From the human T2T-CHM13v2.0 reference genome, Homo sapiens: a stretch of DNA of 64,000 bases. The notes under the pieces are model-generated. The model saw nothing but the letters and a program-made list of their open reading frames with translations. It was not told where the DNA came from and did no database searches. A program made the translations under genes and the position numbers. The stretch lies in NCBI RefSeq assembly GCF_009914755.1, contig NC_060930.1, one strand, 5' to 3'. Shown here piece by piece: positions 1-13,491 of the stretch. Position 1 is the stretch's first letter. Every line of letters begins with the position of its first letter.

Positions 1-518
1 TACCTGAGAGAATCAATGAGGAGCAGGAATGTCTGATAAGGTGAGGCACGGTTTGCTTTGACAATCACCGTCCTGTTGCGAATATTTGTTGTATCTCTGT
101 ATTTTCCACCTATTTGAAGCTTCATTGTATCTTTCACTCTATCACTCAGGACGGTTCTGTAAATTCATCCTTACATGTGATTTCCTCTCTGGGATAACTC
201 AGTTATTCTGGCTTCTAGTATTTCATTCCCTATTAATGGGGTTGCTTGAACTTTTTGTGGTGTTTCTTCCTAGTTTATTTCTTTGATTTATTGGCACTGT
301 TTAAGTTCCTGTTTCACACTAAATTCTTCTTTCTGATTCCATCTTACATCCTGTCCCCATAATTTCCTTCTCACCAATAAATGCTGACATATGTTAACTA
401 CTGAGTCTCCCAAGCTGAACTACAATTCATTCATCCATTCATCAATCAGACTGCTGGGCCAGATTTGTTTCTTCAGTCCTAGTTTTTACCATAGGATGGA
501 GCTTCTCAATCCTGTTTT

Positions 519-523
519 TTCTT

Positions 524-569
<46 letters not shown>

Positions 570-850
570 CTGAATTTTAGCTCTATCGCCCAGGCTGGAG
601 TGCAGTGGCATGATCTTGGCTCACTGCATCACTGCAACCTCTGCCTCTGGGGTTCAAGCAATTCTCATGCCTCAGCCTCCCAAGTAGCTGTGACTACAGG
701 TGCCCTCGCCCCGCTAATTTTTGTATTTTTAGTAGAGATGGGGTTTCACCATGTTGGCCAGGCTGGTCTCGAACTCCTGACCTCAAGTGATCCACTCCCT
801 CTGCCTCCCAAAGTGCTGGGGATTACAGGCGTGAACCACCACGCCTGGCC
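519..850 (-). mobile_element. AluS (Sx/Sz-like), full length
   Basis: Antisense Alu dimer with a long T tail. Perfect 13-bp TSD tcaatcctgtttt at 506-518 and 851-863. Confidence 0.95.
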
Positions 851-1245
851 TCAATCCTGTTTTAGCCTTAAATTCTGGTGCACCGGAGATGGTTGGGTCT
901 TGATCGGCTGTGATATGCTGTGCTCATTCTGTGTGGAGAGACCTCAAAGCAGAGAACAGGCACTTGGAGGTTCTGATTTCCTGTGTTGCAGGGAACTCTC
1001 TTTTCCTCTTCACACATCCAGGGAGCGGAGGGGACATACATTCCCTGCGTGGCAGCCAGAGTCTGCCCTGGCTCTTCCCTGGAGTCCTGGATGACAGGTT
1101 GGCTGGCTTTCTCCTCTCACCGTGGCTGTGGGGTGTGGGCTGCTTCTGCCTGCCTCCTGCTGGGGAGAGCGATGCCTTCCTGAGCTGCTTTCCCGTGTCC
1201 CTGAGGCTGCTCTGGGTCAGGAGTCCCTGTGCTCTCCTCTCCATA

Positions 1246-1767
1246 GGTAGTCAAGGAAGTAACTATGTCCTCGGGTCCAGCCACCTGGGCGACCACACCG
1301 TCAACACCATTAGCTGCAGCCTTGCGTTGTAGCCCAGCTCATTCAAGCACAGCTACCTCCAATAAGGAATTTCCCCTGTAGGGAGTGGGCTCCTTTTAAT
1401 TTTACCTGTCCTCAGGCTGACCCTTTGCTCATTAGAATAGTAAAAAACACACTCCTGTGTGGAGATTTAAGATGCTAATGAGATGGCCGAGTGCCTTGGC
1501 TTATGCCTGTAATCCCAGCACTTTGGGAGGCCGAGGTGGGTGGATCACTTAAGGTCAGGAGTTCGAGACCAGCCTGACCAACATGGTGAAACCCCGTCTC
1601 TACTGAAAATACAAAAATTAGCCGAGCATGGTGGCCGGTGCCTGCAACCTCAGCTGTTCAGGAGGCTGAGGTAGGAGAATCACTGGAACCCAGGAGGCGG
1701 AGGTTGCAGTGAACCGAGATAGCGCCATTGCACTCCGGCCTGGGAGTCTCAGGAGTGAGACTGTCTC

Positions 1768-1798
<31 letters not shown>

Positions 1799-2150
1799 CA
1801 ATCAAAAGATGCTAATGAGACATGCAACTTATGAACAAGCCGGGGCAGCTGCTGTGCCTGTGCAGCCAGAGGATCACCCAGAACATGTTCACCAGCCATG
1901 CTGCTTCCCACCTGCTTATGAAGAATCCCGGAGGACCCCCGTGAAGGGAGCCTCCCCTGTTTGCTGTCTCACCTCTCAATCCGCCGCTCCGACTTATTCG
2001 GGGTCCTTTCCCTTTTACACTTAGCTATCAGTGTCCTTTCTCCCTTGCAATAAGCTGCCTCCTACCCTTTCTCTACTGCTGTGTCTCTCTGGTTTTAAAT
2101 GTTTTTAAACGAAGGAGACAAGAACTGAGGACTCTCAATCGCCATCAACA
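1246..2150 (+). mobile_element. ERV1-class solo LTR (MER66-like), split by an Alu
   Basis: Motif ggagatttaagatgctaatgagacatgc...gaggatcacccagaacatg resembles MER66 as I recall it. Ends ...caaca at 2150. Family name is from memory. Confidence 0.6.
1485..1805 (+). mobile_element. AluS, inserted in the LTR
   Basis: Full Alu with A tail. Perfect 15-bp TSD aagatgctaatgaga at 1469-1483 and 1806-1820. Confidence 0.95.
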
Positions 2151-2219
2151 GAATTATTGAAATAGCTGCTTTGGAAAATTGAAACTTGCCAACTCTCAGC
2201 ACCTTCCTGCCATTCCTCC

Positions 2220-2950
2220 TGGTGTGAGGGGACCGGCGTGCGTTTTTTGCGGGGAAGTTACCTCCTTCCAGCCCCTCTTCTTTCCCGTCTGAATCTGGGT
2301 GGGCCCCCGAGAGCCGCGCCTCTGCCTGTCCTCTCTCATGGGAAGTCTGGGACCCTCAGACCGAAAGACGACGTGCAGCTTCCACCGGGGGCGCCTTCAG
2401 GACAGGGGCCTCGGCCTCGTGGGCGCTTTAGACTTTGGTTAAACACGGTAGAAACAGACAGGGCTCCTGACGGGATCAGCAGGACGGTCTGAGGCAACAA
2501 AGGCTCCAACACCTTTGAGCTGTAACTACCTGCCACCTACGCTGCTGTGAATACCCAGACGAAGTCTCCAGACAGAACTCCCAGGCGGGAACACGGGGGC
2601 AGCTACGTGGTTTTACTCAACCCCATATGCCTTTGCTGTTACGTTTACAAATACTGAGACCAGGCGAGAGAGCTGCGATCGCTTCAGTGGAACATGTGAA
2701 CAGTAAGACAAATTAAAATTGGTTCCAATTCTAAAAAAAAAGTCATAGGGCTCTTAATACAAATTTATTCTAAAAAACACACCCCCCGGTTTCCTTTCCA
2801 GGCGATGGCTGGCTGTGAGCGAGAGGGGCAGGGGCCTGGGTGAGGAGCTGGGGAGGGGTCTGGAGGAGGCACCGGAGGTGTGGGCCAGACCCCCAGAGCA
2901 GGGAGGCCACGGGAGGGGCTCAGCGCCACACTAAGAGCAATGAGAAGCGT
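2220..2950. promoter_or_regulatory. CpG-enriched, GC-rich block; candidate promoter/enhancer
   Basis: Many non-Alu CpGs against a CpG-depleted background. G-tract cluster at 2825-2858. Function is inferred. Confidence 0.4.
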
Positions 2951-3852
2951 CACAGTTGAAACAGGAATTTATTCAGTTAAAAATGACGGGAGTGAAATGG
3001 AAAAAAAATGTCTTTTAGGAAATGAGTGGGTGCAAGAACACCTCACCCAGAACTGGTCTTCAAAGCAAAATATGATATTGGAGCCTTGGCAAATCTGGTT
3101 AATTCTGATATCTGAATACTTGCACAAAGTACCAATTCTGTTAAAAATGACCAAAGAAAGCATTTCTGTTTCAGAGAGAAACAACGTAGATAGTTCCTTT
3201 GCATAATCTCTGTCTTCTGCTATTTTCCTCTTTGGGATTTCCTTTATGAGAAAACAAAATTATTTAGTTTCACATCGAACCTACTTATAGATGAGTAATT
3301 CTGAGGATGATATTTTGGCATTCATCTTTTTATTGTTACACTATTTCTGATATGAACGACACTTCAAGGTTTACACGTACATGCACAATACCTAGATATT
3401 TTTAGCCATATGTATATGACTCTAGATGTATTTAGCCATTAAATTTGGAAACCTGCAGGGCCTGAGGGGCTTCTATAGTTTACTTAGTCTTCTAAAAAAA
3501 AAAAAAGTATCACATGTTTTGTTTGAAGTATTTGCTTTCCATTTCTTTTCAGTGAAAATAACTATTTGACAAAAAAGTCATTTCATGTTTATATTTGTAT
3601 AAAAATTATTAATAATAAAACAAAGGAAAATTTCTCCAGTGTAGTCTACAGGTAGCATTTCATAGGGTGGAAGTAGATGTTTTTCCTCTTTAGATTTTAA
3701 AGGGACTCATCTTTAGGCCAGGACAGCTTGAAATTTTGAAGACAACAAACTCTGAAAGTTTTAGCAAATGATAGGTGGAGAAGAAAACTGACATTTCTCA
3801 CTTTATTTTTAATTAGTTAATTTTTTTGATTAAAGATTAGTTTAAAAATTAA

Positions 3853-4145
<293 letters not shown>

Positions 4146-4531
4146 TACGTTTATCCCTTTAGGTCAGAGAATAGAAATTGGCAATGAGAAGCCGACAGAT
4201 TGGACTTCTCCATCATGAGCCTTTTTATTGTCACCTATAACTTGTTCACCTTTGGAGAATTGAAGAAAATAAAATTAATTAGAGCTTTTTTTTTCCAGGA
4301 TAGAATTTCTTTTTTGATGGTCCACTAATTTACATCCAGTTTTTAAGTTGGTTCTCTTCTCCCCTGAAGGAAACAGACATCTGGTCATGGAGAGGGGATA
4401 TCTGCCCATGGAAAGGGGTTGAGTTAACCTAATTCTTCCTTTCCCTCCTTCCTGCCTCTATGCCCTGCCCTCCCCTCCCCCAATTTCTCTCTCTACCTGG
4501 AGAGGTGAGGTTAAATAGTTACCGTCCTCTT

Positions 4532-4994
<463 letters not shown>

Positions 4995-5500
4995 TAGAGA
5001 AACCATTTTGAACCAGCATTAGTGGTGTGGTCCTGGTGGGGAGTGGCCTGTTGCAAGTGCCACTGTGAGGCGATGGCTGGACTGAGAACCAGATGTCACC
5101 TGATGCTTGGGAGATCTTTCAAGGCATATCACAGACTCAGCAGGCAACGCTTCCATGCCTGGGGCAGGTGGGGAATACATTGTCTGCCTTCAGGTGTGTC
5201 TTCCACCATTCTTCAGTAACAGATCCTCACATTCATGTGAAAGTGAACCCCTCTCAACAACCCCTCCATGCGATCTCAGTTGGCTCTGACCGTGGTTCCA
5301 GAAGGGGCACATGTGACCAGGCTTGAGCTGAGCACACAGCACGTTTTCCCATAATAACTGGCTTGGGGAAGGCATGTAATCTAAACTGATGCAATCACAG
5401 TGAATCTCCAGACTTTGGTTCCAGTGATCTCTGGACTCGAACTTGGATAGGTGTAAGAAACTGTAGACACATACTTGTCTCTACAAAAGGCCTACTGTCT

Positions 5501-5825
5501 GGGCGGGCATGGTGGTTCAAACCTGTAATCCCAGCACTTTGGAAGGCTGAGGTGGGAGGACTGCTTGAATCTGGAAGTTTGAGACCATCCTGGGCAACAT
5601 CATGAGGCTCCATCTTTACAAAAATAAAATTATCTAGGCGTGATGGCACATGCATGTAGCCCCAGCTACTCTGGAGCCTGAGGTGGGAGGATCACTTGAG
5701 CTCAGGAGGTCGAGGCTGCAGTAAGCCATGATGGCGTCACTGCACTCCAGCCTGGGTGGGAGAGCAAGACCCTGTCAAAAAAATAACAACAAAAATAAAA
5801 ACAAACAAACAACAACAACAACAAA
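5501..5825 (+). mobile_element. AluJ with (AAC/AAAC)-degenerate tail
   Basis: J motifs gggaggatcacttgag and gaggctgcagt. TSD aag(g/a)cctactgtctg at 5487-5501 and 5829-5843. Confidence 0.92.
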
Positions 5826-6499
5826 TCCAAGACCTACTGTCTGAGAAAGGTTCCCAGAGAGGAAATGGAGCCAAGAGCAAAAGGAAGAGAAAGTGAGTCT
5901 TGGTGTATTTAAGCCTCTGGCTCAAGTCATACCCCGAGCTTTTAACTTACATACATACGTGTTTAAACAACATTGGGTTGGATTTTCTGGCGACTGCATC
6001 CAAAGAGTATTCATTCATTCAGACTGAACCTTGAACAACACATATTATTGAAGGATTGAAGGCATCATTTTGTGGGGGCTTGTAGAGTATATATAAAGTA
6101 AAAGCTTATGGTTCCTATCTCAGGGGGTAGGGTTGCAGTCTAAACGATTGGAACTGATGTACACACGTCAGCCCATCAAATGGTTAACTCACTTTGGCTC
6201 CTCTGCTAGCTTTATGGAGATGAAGACTCAATGATTCTTTCCATCTTCTACATCCATCTTGCTGTCTGCAGTGATTGCTTTTGGCAAAGTTTAGGTCCAT
6301 AAAATGCTTGTTGGCATAAAGCAACAATTTGTGGTAACGTGTTAGAGTAAGTGGCTAATCAGCATTTAACTTCTCTGTAGGAGAATTGATCACAGCAATA
6401 TCGTTTTATTCTTAGAGCTTTCAACACTTCATGAAATTTTGCCAATGTATACCAAGTTTTTTTTTTTCTAAAATGCAAAGTGTGAGGGAGGCAGACAGG

Positions 6500-6712
6500 T
6501 TATAGGGTGTGATGGGTAAGATCATGGTTCAAATCTTAAGTCTACTCTTTTCTAATGATGAGACTTTGGCAAGAACACTTAATCTCCCTGGGTTTCAGTT
6601 TCTTCATATGAAAATGAGGCCAATAATTCTCATCTCACAGATGTAGTTTGTGTAAGGATGAAAGGCTTTCAGGCATGTAGGTCTTTAGCAAAGCATCTCA
6701 CATGTAGTAATT
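6500..6712 (+). mobile_element. MIR
   Basis: MIR core actttggcaagaacacttaatctccctgggtttcagtttcttcatatgaaaatg. Confidence 0.8.
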
Positions 6713-7784
6713 TCATAAACTGTGGACTAAATTTTGATAGAACTAGGCCAGCTTTGGAATCCTAATGGGGATGGCTTTTAACATTATAAAATATGTCATC
6801 AACTGCTTTTTCTTTTTATATAATCTTTTAATAAATCACTTTTAAGTTGGAACAAGATTGCTTATATGGATTTGTCAATTAGGCTTTACTTATTTAAAAT
6901 GATAAAATAAAACCTTTTAATATGCAAATGTGTGCAGTATAAAACATGTAGAGACAGTTCCCTCAAATACCCACCCCTTTCCCTTTCCATATTTCACATG
7001 TAGCAATATTAGTAGTTGGGGTGAATTCACCTTGATATTCTCGGATGAAGTTGAGCGTATGGGTGCTTACATGAGCGTTCAGGTATGTGAGTATGTGTAT
7101 CTTTCTAAATATGTGGTTTTGCAACTGTGTTTTTCCCCAAATAGTATGTCATGGGCTTTTATAAAAATAGAACAAATATAGGCACATTTAGGTATTTTTA
7201 TTTTGTTGAAATTTACAACGAAGATGTCATGGCTTCCGGCAGATTCCCACGTTTGCCAGCAGCAGATATATCATCCTGAGAACTTGGATCATCTCTGATG
7301 TTGAGCAATTTGCCAACATTCATGACCAGTTAAGTAGATTTAAATGCGTAATTGCCTCATGCTTAGGAATGCGTATTTCAGTTTAAAGATAACGTCTTAA
7401 CTTCCCAAGAGTAATCTATAAAAGCATACATCTCATATTTCAGATTTTGGAAAACATTCTTTTTCCTTTTGTTTTGCCTGTGTTCAGGAGAACACTAGTC
7501 TGTTGCAGGACTTTTTTTCTACTTTTATAAGCCACAGAAATGCATATTAAAAACAAAACAAACAGAAAAAGCAGGATTTCACCTAGAGGTTTAAAATAAA
7601 GTTACCATATTACAGACTTGGAAAATGGTAATGAAGAGAAATTTATATTGGTTTCTAGCCAAAATTCTATGTTTAGGAAGATGGGGAAGTGCCAAAATTA
7701 GTAATAGCTGATTCAATATTGTAAAATTCTAATTGAAAATAAATACCAAATTTTATACTTCAGAAAATCCTTAGAGTTTTTCTA

Positions 7785-7900
7785 CTCAAACCTGCTCTAT
7801 TTATGTTGGAAAAATTAAAGAGATCCGAAGAGGTTACATCACTTGCCTAAGAGTCACATGGTTAATTACTGATACAATTAACATTAAAGTCTAGATTTCA
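7785..7900 (-). mobile_element. MIR fragment
   Basis: gaggttacatcacttgcctaagagtcacatggttaat matches the antisense MIR core. Confidence 0.6.
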
Positions 7901-7942
7901 AGGATAGTAAGGATGATGGTGATGGCACTATAAATAAATTAG

Positions 7943-8332
<390 letters not shown>

Positions 8333-9166
8333 TTATTCCCCTATTTTCAGAGTAGGAAGCTGATGATCAGATACATATGTCATGTGCAGTGTTACCCGAC
8401 TAGTGTTGGATTTGAACTGGAGTCTGACTTTCAAACGTGAGCTCCTTTCAGAAAATGCACTTTATATGTGTGTGTAAGAAGGGTGCGGCCGCAGTGTAAT
8501 ACAATATTTTTTCTACTTTATCTTGTTGCTACAGTCGCTATCCACAAATGTGACCATTTCATGTTGTGGTGTGAAGGCTTGCAGCTTTCATGACTCACAT
8601 GGTCCTCAATTGCATCTAGAACCAAATATTCTGCCATAAGATGAAAACAAACATGTAATTCAGAGATACAGAAGGAAGGAATTTGGATTCAGAAGTAGTA
8701 TCTTAGAAAATTTAAGATGAACATGTAGTAACTTCACACAAAAGTGTCTGAAATAGAACTCTTTTAGTGAAATACTCCGCAGAGCGGGTTGGGCCCAGAG
8801 CTTCCCGGATCAAAATCTCATCTCATCATGCATCCCTGCCTGCTCACCCATTTGCCCTTTCTTCTGCTTTTCTCCACTCCCTTAAGCCTCCATCCCTTCA
8901 CATTCCCTCCTCCTTTACTCTTAGTAGTTATCACAGAGGAAAGAGGACATGAGAAATAGCTAATCTTGCCACTTTAGGGACAAAATGCCCCCTCCCTTCC
9001 TAACAACCGAAGAGAGGTCTTTCTCTAGGGCTGGTCCCCACCTCCTTCTCAGAGATCTCAATCTAACTGTTATGTCTTTGCTTGCCCATATTTTCACAAT
9101 TTCTTTCTGCAGGATTTAAAGCTGTTCAAGTCTCTTCCATCTTAGAACATAACCCTGCTGCGGACC

Positions 9167-9523
9167 TGTATTAGTCTCTTCTCACGCTGCTGTAAGAAAC
9201 TGCCCGAGACTGAGTAATTTATAAAGGAAAGAGGGTTAATTGACTCACAGTTCCCCATGGGTGGGGAGGCCTCAAGGAACTTACAATGGTGGAAGGCACC
9301 TCTTCACAGGGCTGCAGGATGGTCAAGGGCCAGCAGGGGAAATGTCAGATGCTTATAAAACCATCAGATTTTGTGAGACTCACTCACTGTCATGAGAACA
9401 GCATGGGGGAAACTGCCCCCATGATTCAATCACCTCCCACCAGCTCCCTCCCATGATGCATGGGGATTATGGGAACCACAATTTAAGATGAGATTTGGGT
9501 GGGGACACAGTGAAACCATACCA
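9167..9523 (-). mobile_element. THE1C/D-like MaLR solo LTR
   Basis: tgtattagtc...aaaccatacca termini. Perfect 5-bp TSD ggacc at 9162-9166 and 9524-9528. Confidence 0.92.
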
Positions 9524-10382
9524 GGACCCAAATCCCCCTCCTGCAGCCCTGTGCCCCTTTCCATCCACAGCAAATCACAGGAGGGGAGGGTGCACACATG
9601 CCTTGGCCCTCTCCCTCGCCACTCCATGGCATACTGCAGTCAAGTTTTCATCTCCCTCACAGCCAATCTCCCCAGTTCCACTGAAACTCATCTCTGGAAA
9701 GATGCTAGTACAGCCTCCTTCCTGCTAATGCAAACAGTGCTTCTCCATCCTTACTGGATTTCCCTCTTGGCAGCAGTAAACACTGTGCAGCATTTGAATT
9801 CTTGAGTCACTCCCTTCTGTCTGCTTCCATTGGGCCACTTTCTTCTGGTTTTCTTCCTGCAAGTGTGGAAGTGCCTCTGGAGTCATTATTTTCTTCCTCT
9901 GCCTCACTTCTGGATGCACGCACCATGTGTGCCTGCAGGCCCCTGATACCCGCTCTTTACTTCTTTCTGTCACTCCCATGCCTCAAAGACTGTCTCTACT
10001 TTCTGATAACTCCCAAATCCACTGTCTCCCAATTGGCCTCTCTCTTAGAGCAAGGCACCGGAACCTGATGCCCAGTGGATGTCTCTACTTGGAGAATATC
10101 CCACAGATTTCCTAAATCAGGACGTCCCCAACTGCTGTTCCTCCAGTTCCCTTCTCAAATGAAGCACCAGGGTCCAGAGCTTCACCCTCTGCAAGGCCAA
10201 TCAATGTCAATTCCTTAATATCTATAAATCCAGCTCAATTCTCTGTTTCCTTTTTCTCTACTGTAGTTCAGATAGCCATCATCTCTATTTGTTTTCTCAT
10301 GAGAAAGAAATGTTCAAACCATTTTCATTATAAAAATATAACTTACATACAAGAAAGTATATAAAACAAAAATGTAAGGCCA

Positions 10383-10681
10383 GGCTGGGCACAGTGGCTG
10401 ACACTGTAATCCCAGCACTTTGGGATGCCAAGGCAGGCAGATCACCTGAAGTCACGAGTTTGAGACCATCCTGGCCAACATGGTGAAACCCTGTCTCTCC
10501 TAAAAATACAAAAATTAGCTGGGTGTAGTGGCACGCACCTGTAATCTCAGCTACTCAGGAGGCTGAGGCAGGAGAATCGCTTGAACCTGGGAGGTGGAGG
10601 TTGCATTGAGGCAAGATCACACTACTGCACTCTAGCCTGGGTGACAAGAATGAAACTTCATCTCAAAAAAAAAAAAAAAAA
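10383..10681 (+). mobile_element. AluS (Sq-like), within an old antisense L1M 3' end (~10310-10790)
   Basis: Full Alu. gacaagaatgaaac 3' motif. Flanking repeat taaggcca at 10375-10382 and 10683-10690. Confidence 0.93.
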
Positions 10682-10799
10682 CTAAGGCCAAATAAATTAC
10701 CATAAAGTAAGCATGTTTGTAATCGTAACTTAGACCCAGGAACTGAACACTGCCTGAGGCCGTCTCACTGAACCCTTTATTATCTGCCCTTATGTCATT

Positions 10800-11280
10800 T
10801 CCTTCTTTCTGTAGGGTTTGTGTATAGCTTGTGTTTTTCTAACTTCCTGGAACTGGAAGTTTAGCCCACGATGTTTTGCAGTCTTCCTTCTTTTTCCTAG
10901 TGTTTGTGCTTTGTAGTTACAAAGGAATTATTTGGAGGTTTTTCTGAATTTATAAAAGATGGAGAATTATCTTTTTTACGACTGGTTTCTAACTTATCTT
11001 GTCATGAGAGCCCAAGTGTTGTATGATTTCAATCCTATGAGTTTTTGAGACTTGCTTTATGAGGTGGGATGTGGTCAGTTTTTGCAGATGTTCTCTTTAT
11101 GCTTGAAAATAATGTGCATTCTGCAGATGTTGAATTCAATAATCTAGATATGTGTCCATTAGGCCAATTTGCTAATTGAGGAGTTCAAACTATATTGCAC
11201 TGATTTTTCTGGTCTGCTTCTCCTAGTGGGTATTGAAAGAGGTGAGTTACAATCTCCCACTATGCTTGTGGATTTGGCCC
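10800..11280 (-). mobile_element. Old L1M ORF2 endonuclease-region fragment
   Basis: Typical antisense L1 text: cttgaaaataatgtgcattctgcag and aatctcccactatgcttgtggatttg. Confidence 0.8.
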
Positions 11281-11541
11281 CACTGTCATCCCTTATCTAA
11301 ACACGATTGGTCCATCTGTTCTCCCTGACTCTGCTTGAGCCTCCACATGGAGCTGCATTGTCGTTCTGAAATACAAATGAGTCAGACCATTCCGCAGCTT
11401 AATTCCCCTCATTCAGGAAAGAATTCCTTAATGCCCAGGATGTATCAGGCACTGTTCCAGGTCTTAGGGATGTAGTTGTGAACCAAAAAGACAGTGTCTA
11501 AGCTGTCACAGAACTTACAAGTGGATACACAATAGAAAGAC

Positions 11542-11542
<1 letters not shown>

Positions 11543-11578
<36 letters not shown>

Positions 11579-11614
11579 CATACATACATACATACATACA
11601 TACATACATACATA
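11543..11614 (+). repeat. Compound tetranucleotide STR (GATA)9(CATA)9
   Basis: Counted directly from the sequence. Confidence 0.97.
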
Positions 11615-13491
11615 GATGGCTTCCTTTGTTGTTAGCAGGGTTAAGTTCTTAAGCTTATAATAAGTATTGGTCCTATTTGTTCCCTAATTACATCCACAGG
11701 CTTTTATTCTACTTAACGTCAGTTGTTTAAAGAGAATGACCCACTTTCAGTCCCTCCCAGGCCCTGTGCTGTCTTACCCTGCAGTGTGTGCACGTGTGAT
11801 TTCCACTGCCCAGTCCACGCTTCCCCATCTTGTTTCCAGGCTCCTTCACACTCATGCTTCACGTCTCAGCTTAGATATTCTTTCACTAAAGAGGCCTTCC
11901 TGACCCTGTTGTCCATGTTAAGCACCTTGCTTATGAGCTCATAGAGTCCTCTGTCTTTCTGTACAACACATCACTTTATCTGAGCCCCTCACTAGTTTGT
12001 AGACTCTATGCAGTAAGGATTGTGCCTATCTCTTCCATTCTGGAATCCACAAGACACAGCATTGTCAGGAACTATATCTTGAAAGTTTGTTACATGCACA
12101 TGTAGTTAAGAATGTTTCACTGCAAGGTATTATTGTTTAATATATGCTCTTAATACTTCTTAATTTTTGATATTGGAAAGTGACAGAGTTTGGGGCACAT
12201 CCGTCCAGGCATTGATTCTGAGAACATTTGGATTTTTTGAGGTAGTCCGCGGATTTCTAGCACGTAGTTAATCTCTTCTTTTTGCAAAAAATCTCCTTCC
12301 TCTCCCCACCAATAATGCACATAAATGATCCAATCAAAAGGTCTTCAGAAGGTTACAAAAGGAGTTTGGTGATGGACACCTAAAAAATAAAGCAAAGCAG
12401 AAGAATCTTCTGTCATTGTGTTTTTAGAGACTTAGAGACCTTCATTGTTAATAACATTTGCATGTTCATTGTTTCAGATTTCACTAGGGACAATAATAAT
12501 ATGTATCTTAAACATTTAAATAGTCCGTGTGTAAAGGATTGGCTTATCAGCTTTCTGTACTTCAATTCTAGTTATCTTATAAGATAACTAGACTTTTCTA
12601 AGTTTCAGGAAATGAGGAAGACACATTTTCCTTCCCCCACCCCTGTAGCTAGAGTTGATGTGCCTCCCAGGTAAGAAGACCCACCCCTGCCTTGGCAGCC
12701 CCACCTTGGGTTTCCGCAATGAATGTTCACCATGCACAGCCCTCCCCAGCAGCATCAGTAAGTTCTGGCATGGGGCGGAGTTGGAGACTTCTCTGCCACT
12801 CTTCAGTATTCCTGTGAGCTCTGGAGAAACCTGCACACGCAGAGCGTGTGGTCTGGCCTTGGGGATTGTCTTGTCACGTGGCCTCATGCAACCGTGTTAT
12901 CATGAGCCCTTCTCGTGTTTGCTGGGCTTTCTTTCACACTTTCTCCCGTCTTTTAATTTTATTTTTGACTATTGGAAAATCTGGTAGTATCTCAAAAAGG
13001 GCAACTTTGCAGTGAATTAATTTGTTATTTTAGTATCTGTAAGAAGTTAACAGAAATGCAAGTAGGAGGTGTCACTATTTTGCTTATGGTATGGATTTGA
13101 TGATGCGCAGAAGCAAGTCTGACACTCCCAGGATCTTCACACGTCCACTGCACACCGCCAGCTTGCAGTTTCCACGGACATGCTCTTCAGCATTTGGCAT
13201 AATTGGGAACAGTAGCCAGCGGGTATCAAATGTCAAGATAAATTGTCTACTGCTGTGTGAGCCCTGACTATGAAATTGATTCGCTATCTTTTGGGGACTG
13301 TAGTTTTGTAATAAGAACAATATAAACTTTAAAACCAATACATTTATTAGTTATGCAGGTGCTGTTCAAGTGCAAGATCAACAACTTCGGGCTATTTTGA
13401 TGGATCTGTTCATTTCTGATGTGGTGAGGACCATTTCCAATGTCTTTAAAGATTAGAATTGTCTGAATCTTTACTCACATTTTTCAGAAAC

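Larger units (their letters stand above)
8980..12100 (+). mobile_element. L2 relic (ORF2 RT region to 3' end), repeatedly interrupted
   Basis: The segment near 9670-9795 translates to STETHLWK...LLAAVNTVQH, resembling L2 HSTETAL...LSAAFDTVDH. L2 3'-end motifs at 11620-12100. Confidence 0.7.

Noticed and set aside
1-46. AAG|GTGAGG donor-like site after a short open frame (PERINEEQECLI)
   Set aside because: Truncated by the window edge, peptide not recognised, and no downstream partner exon identified.
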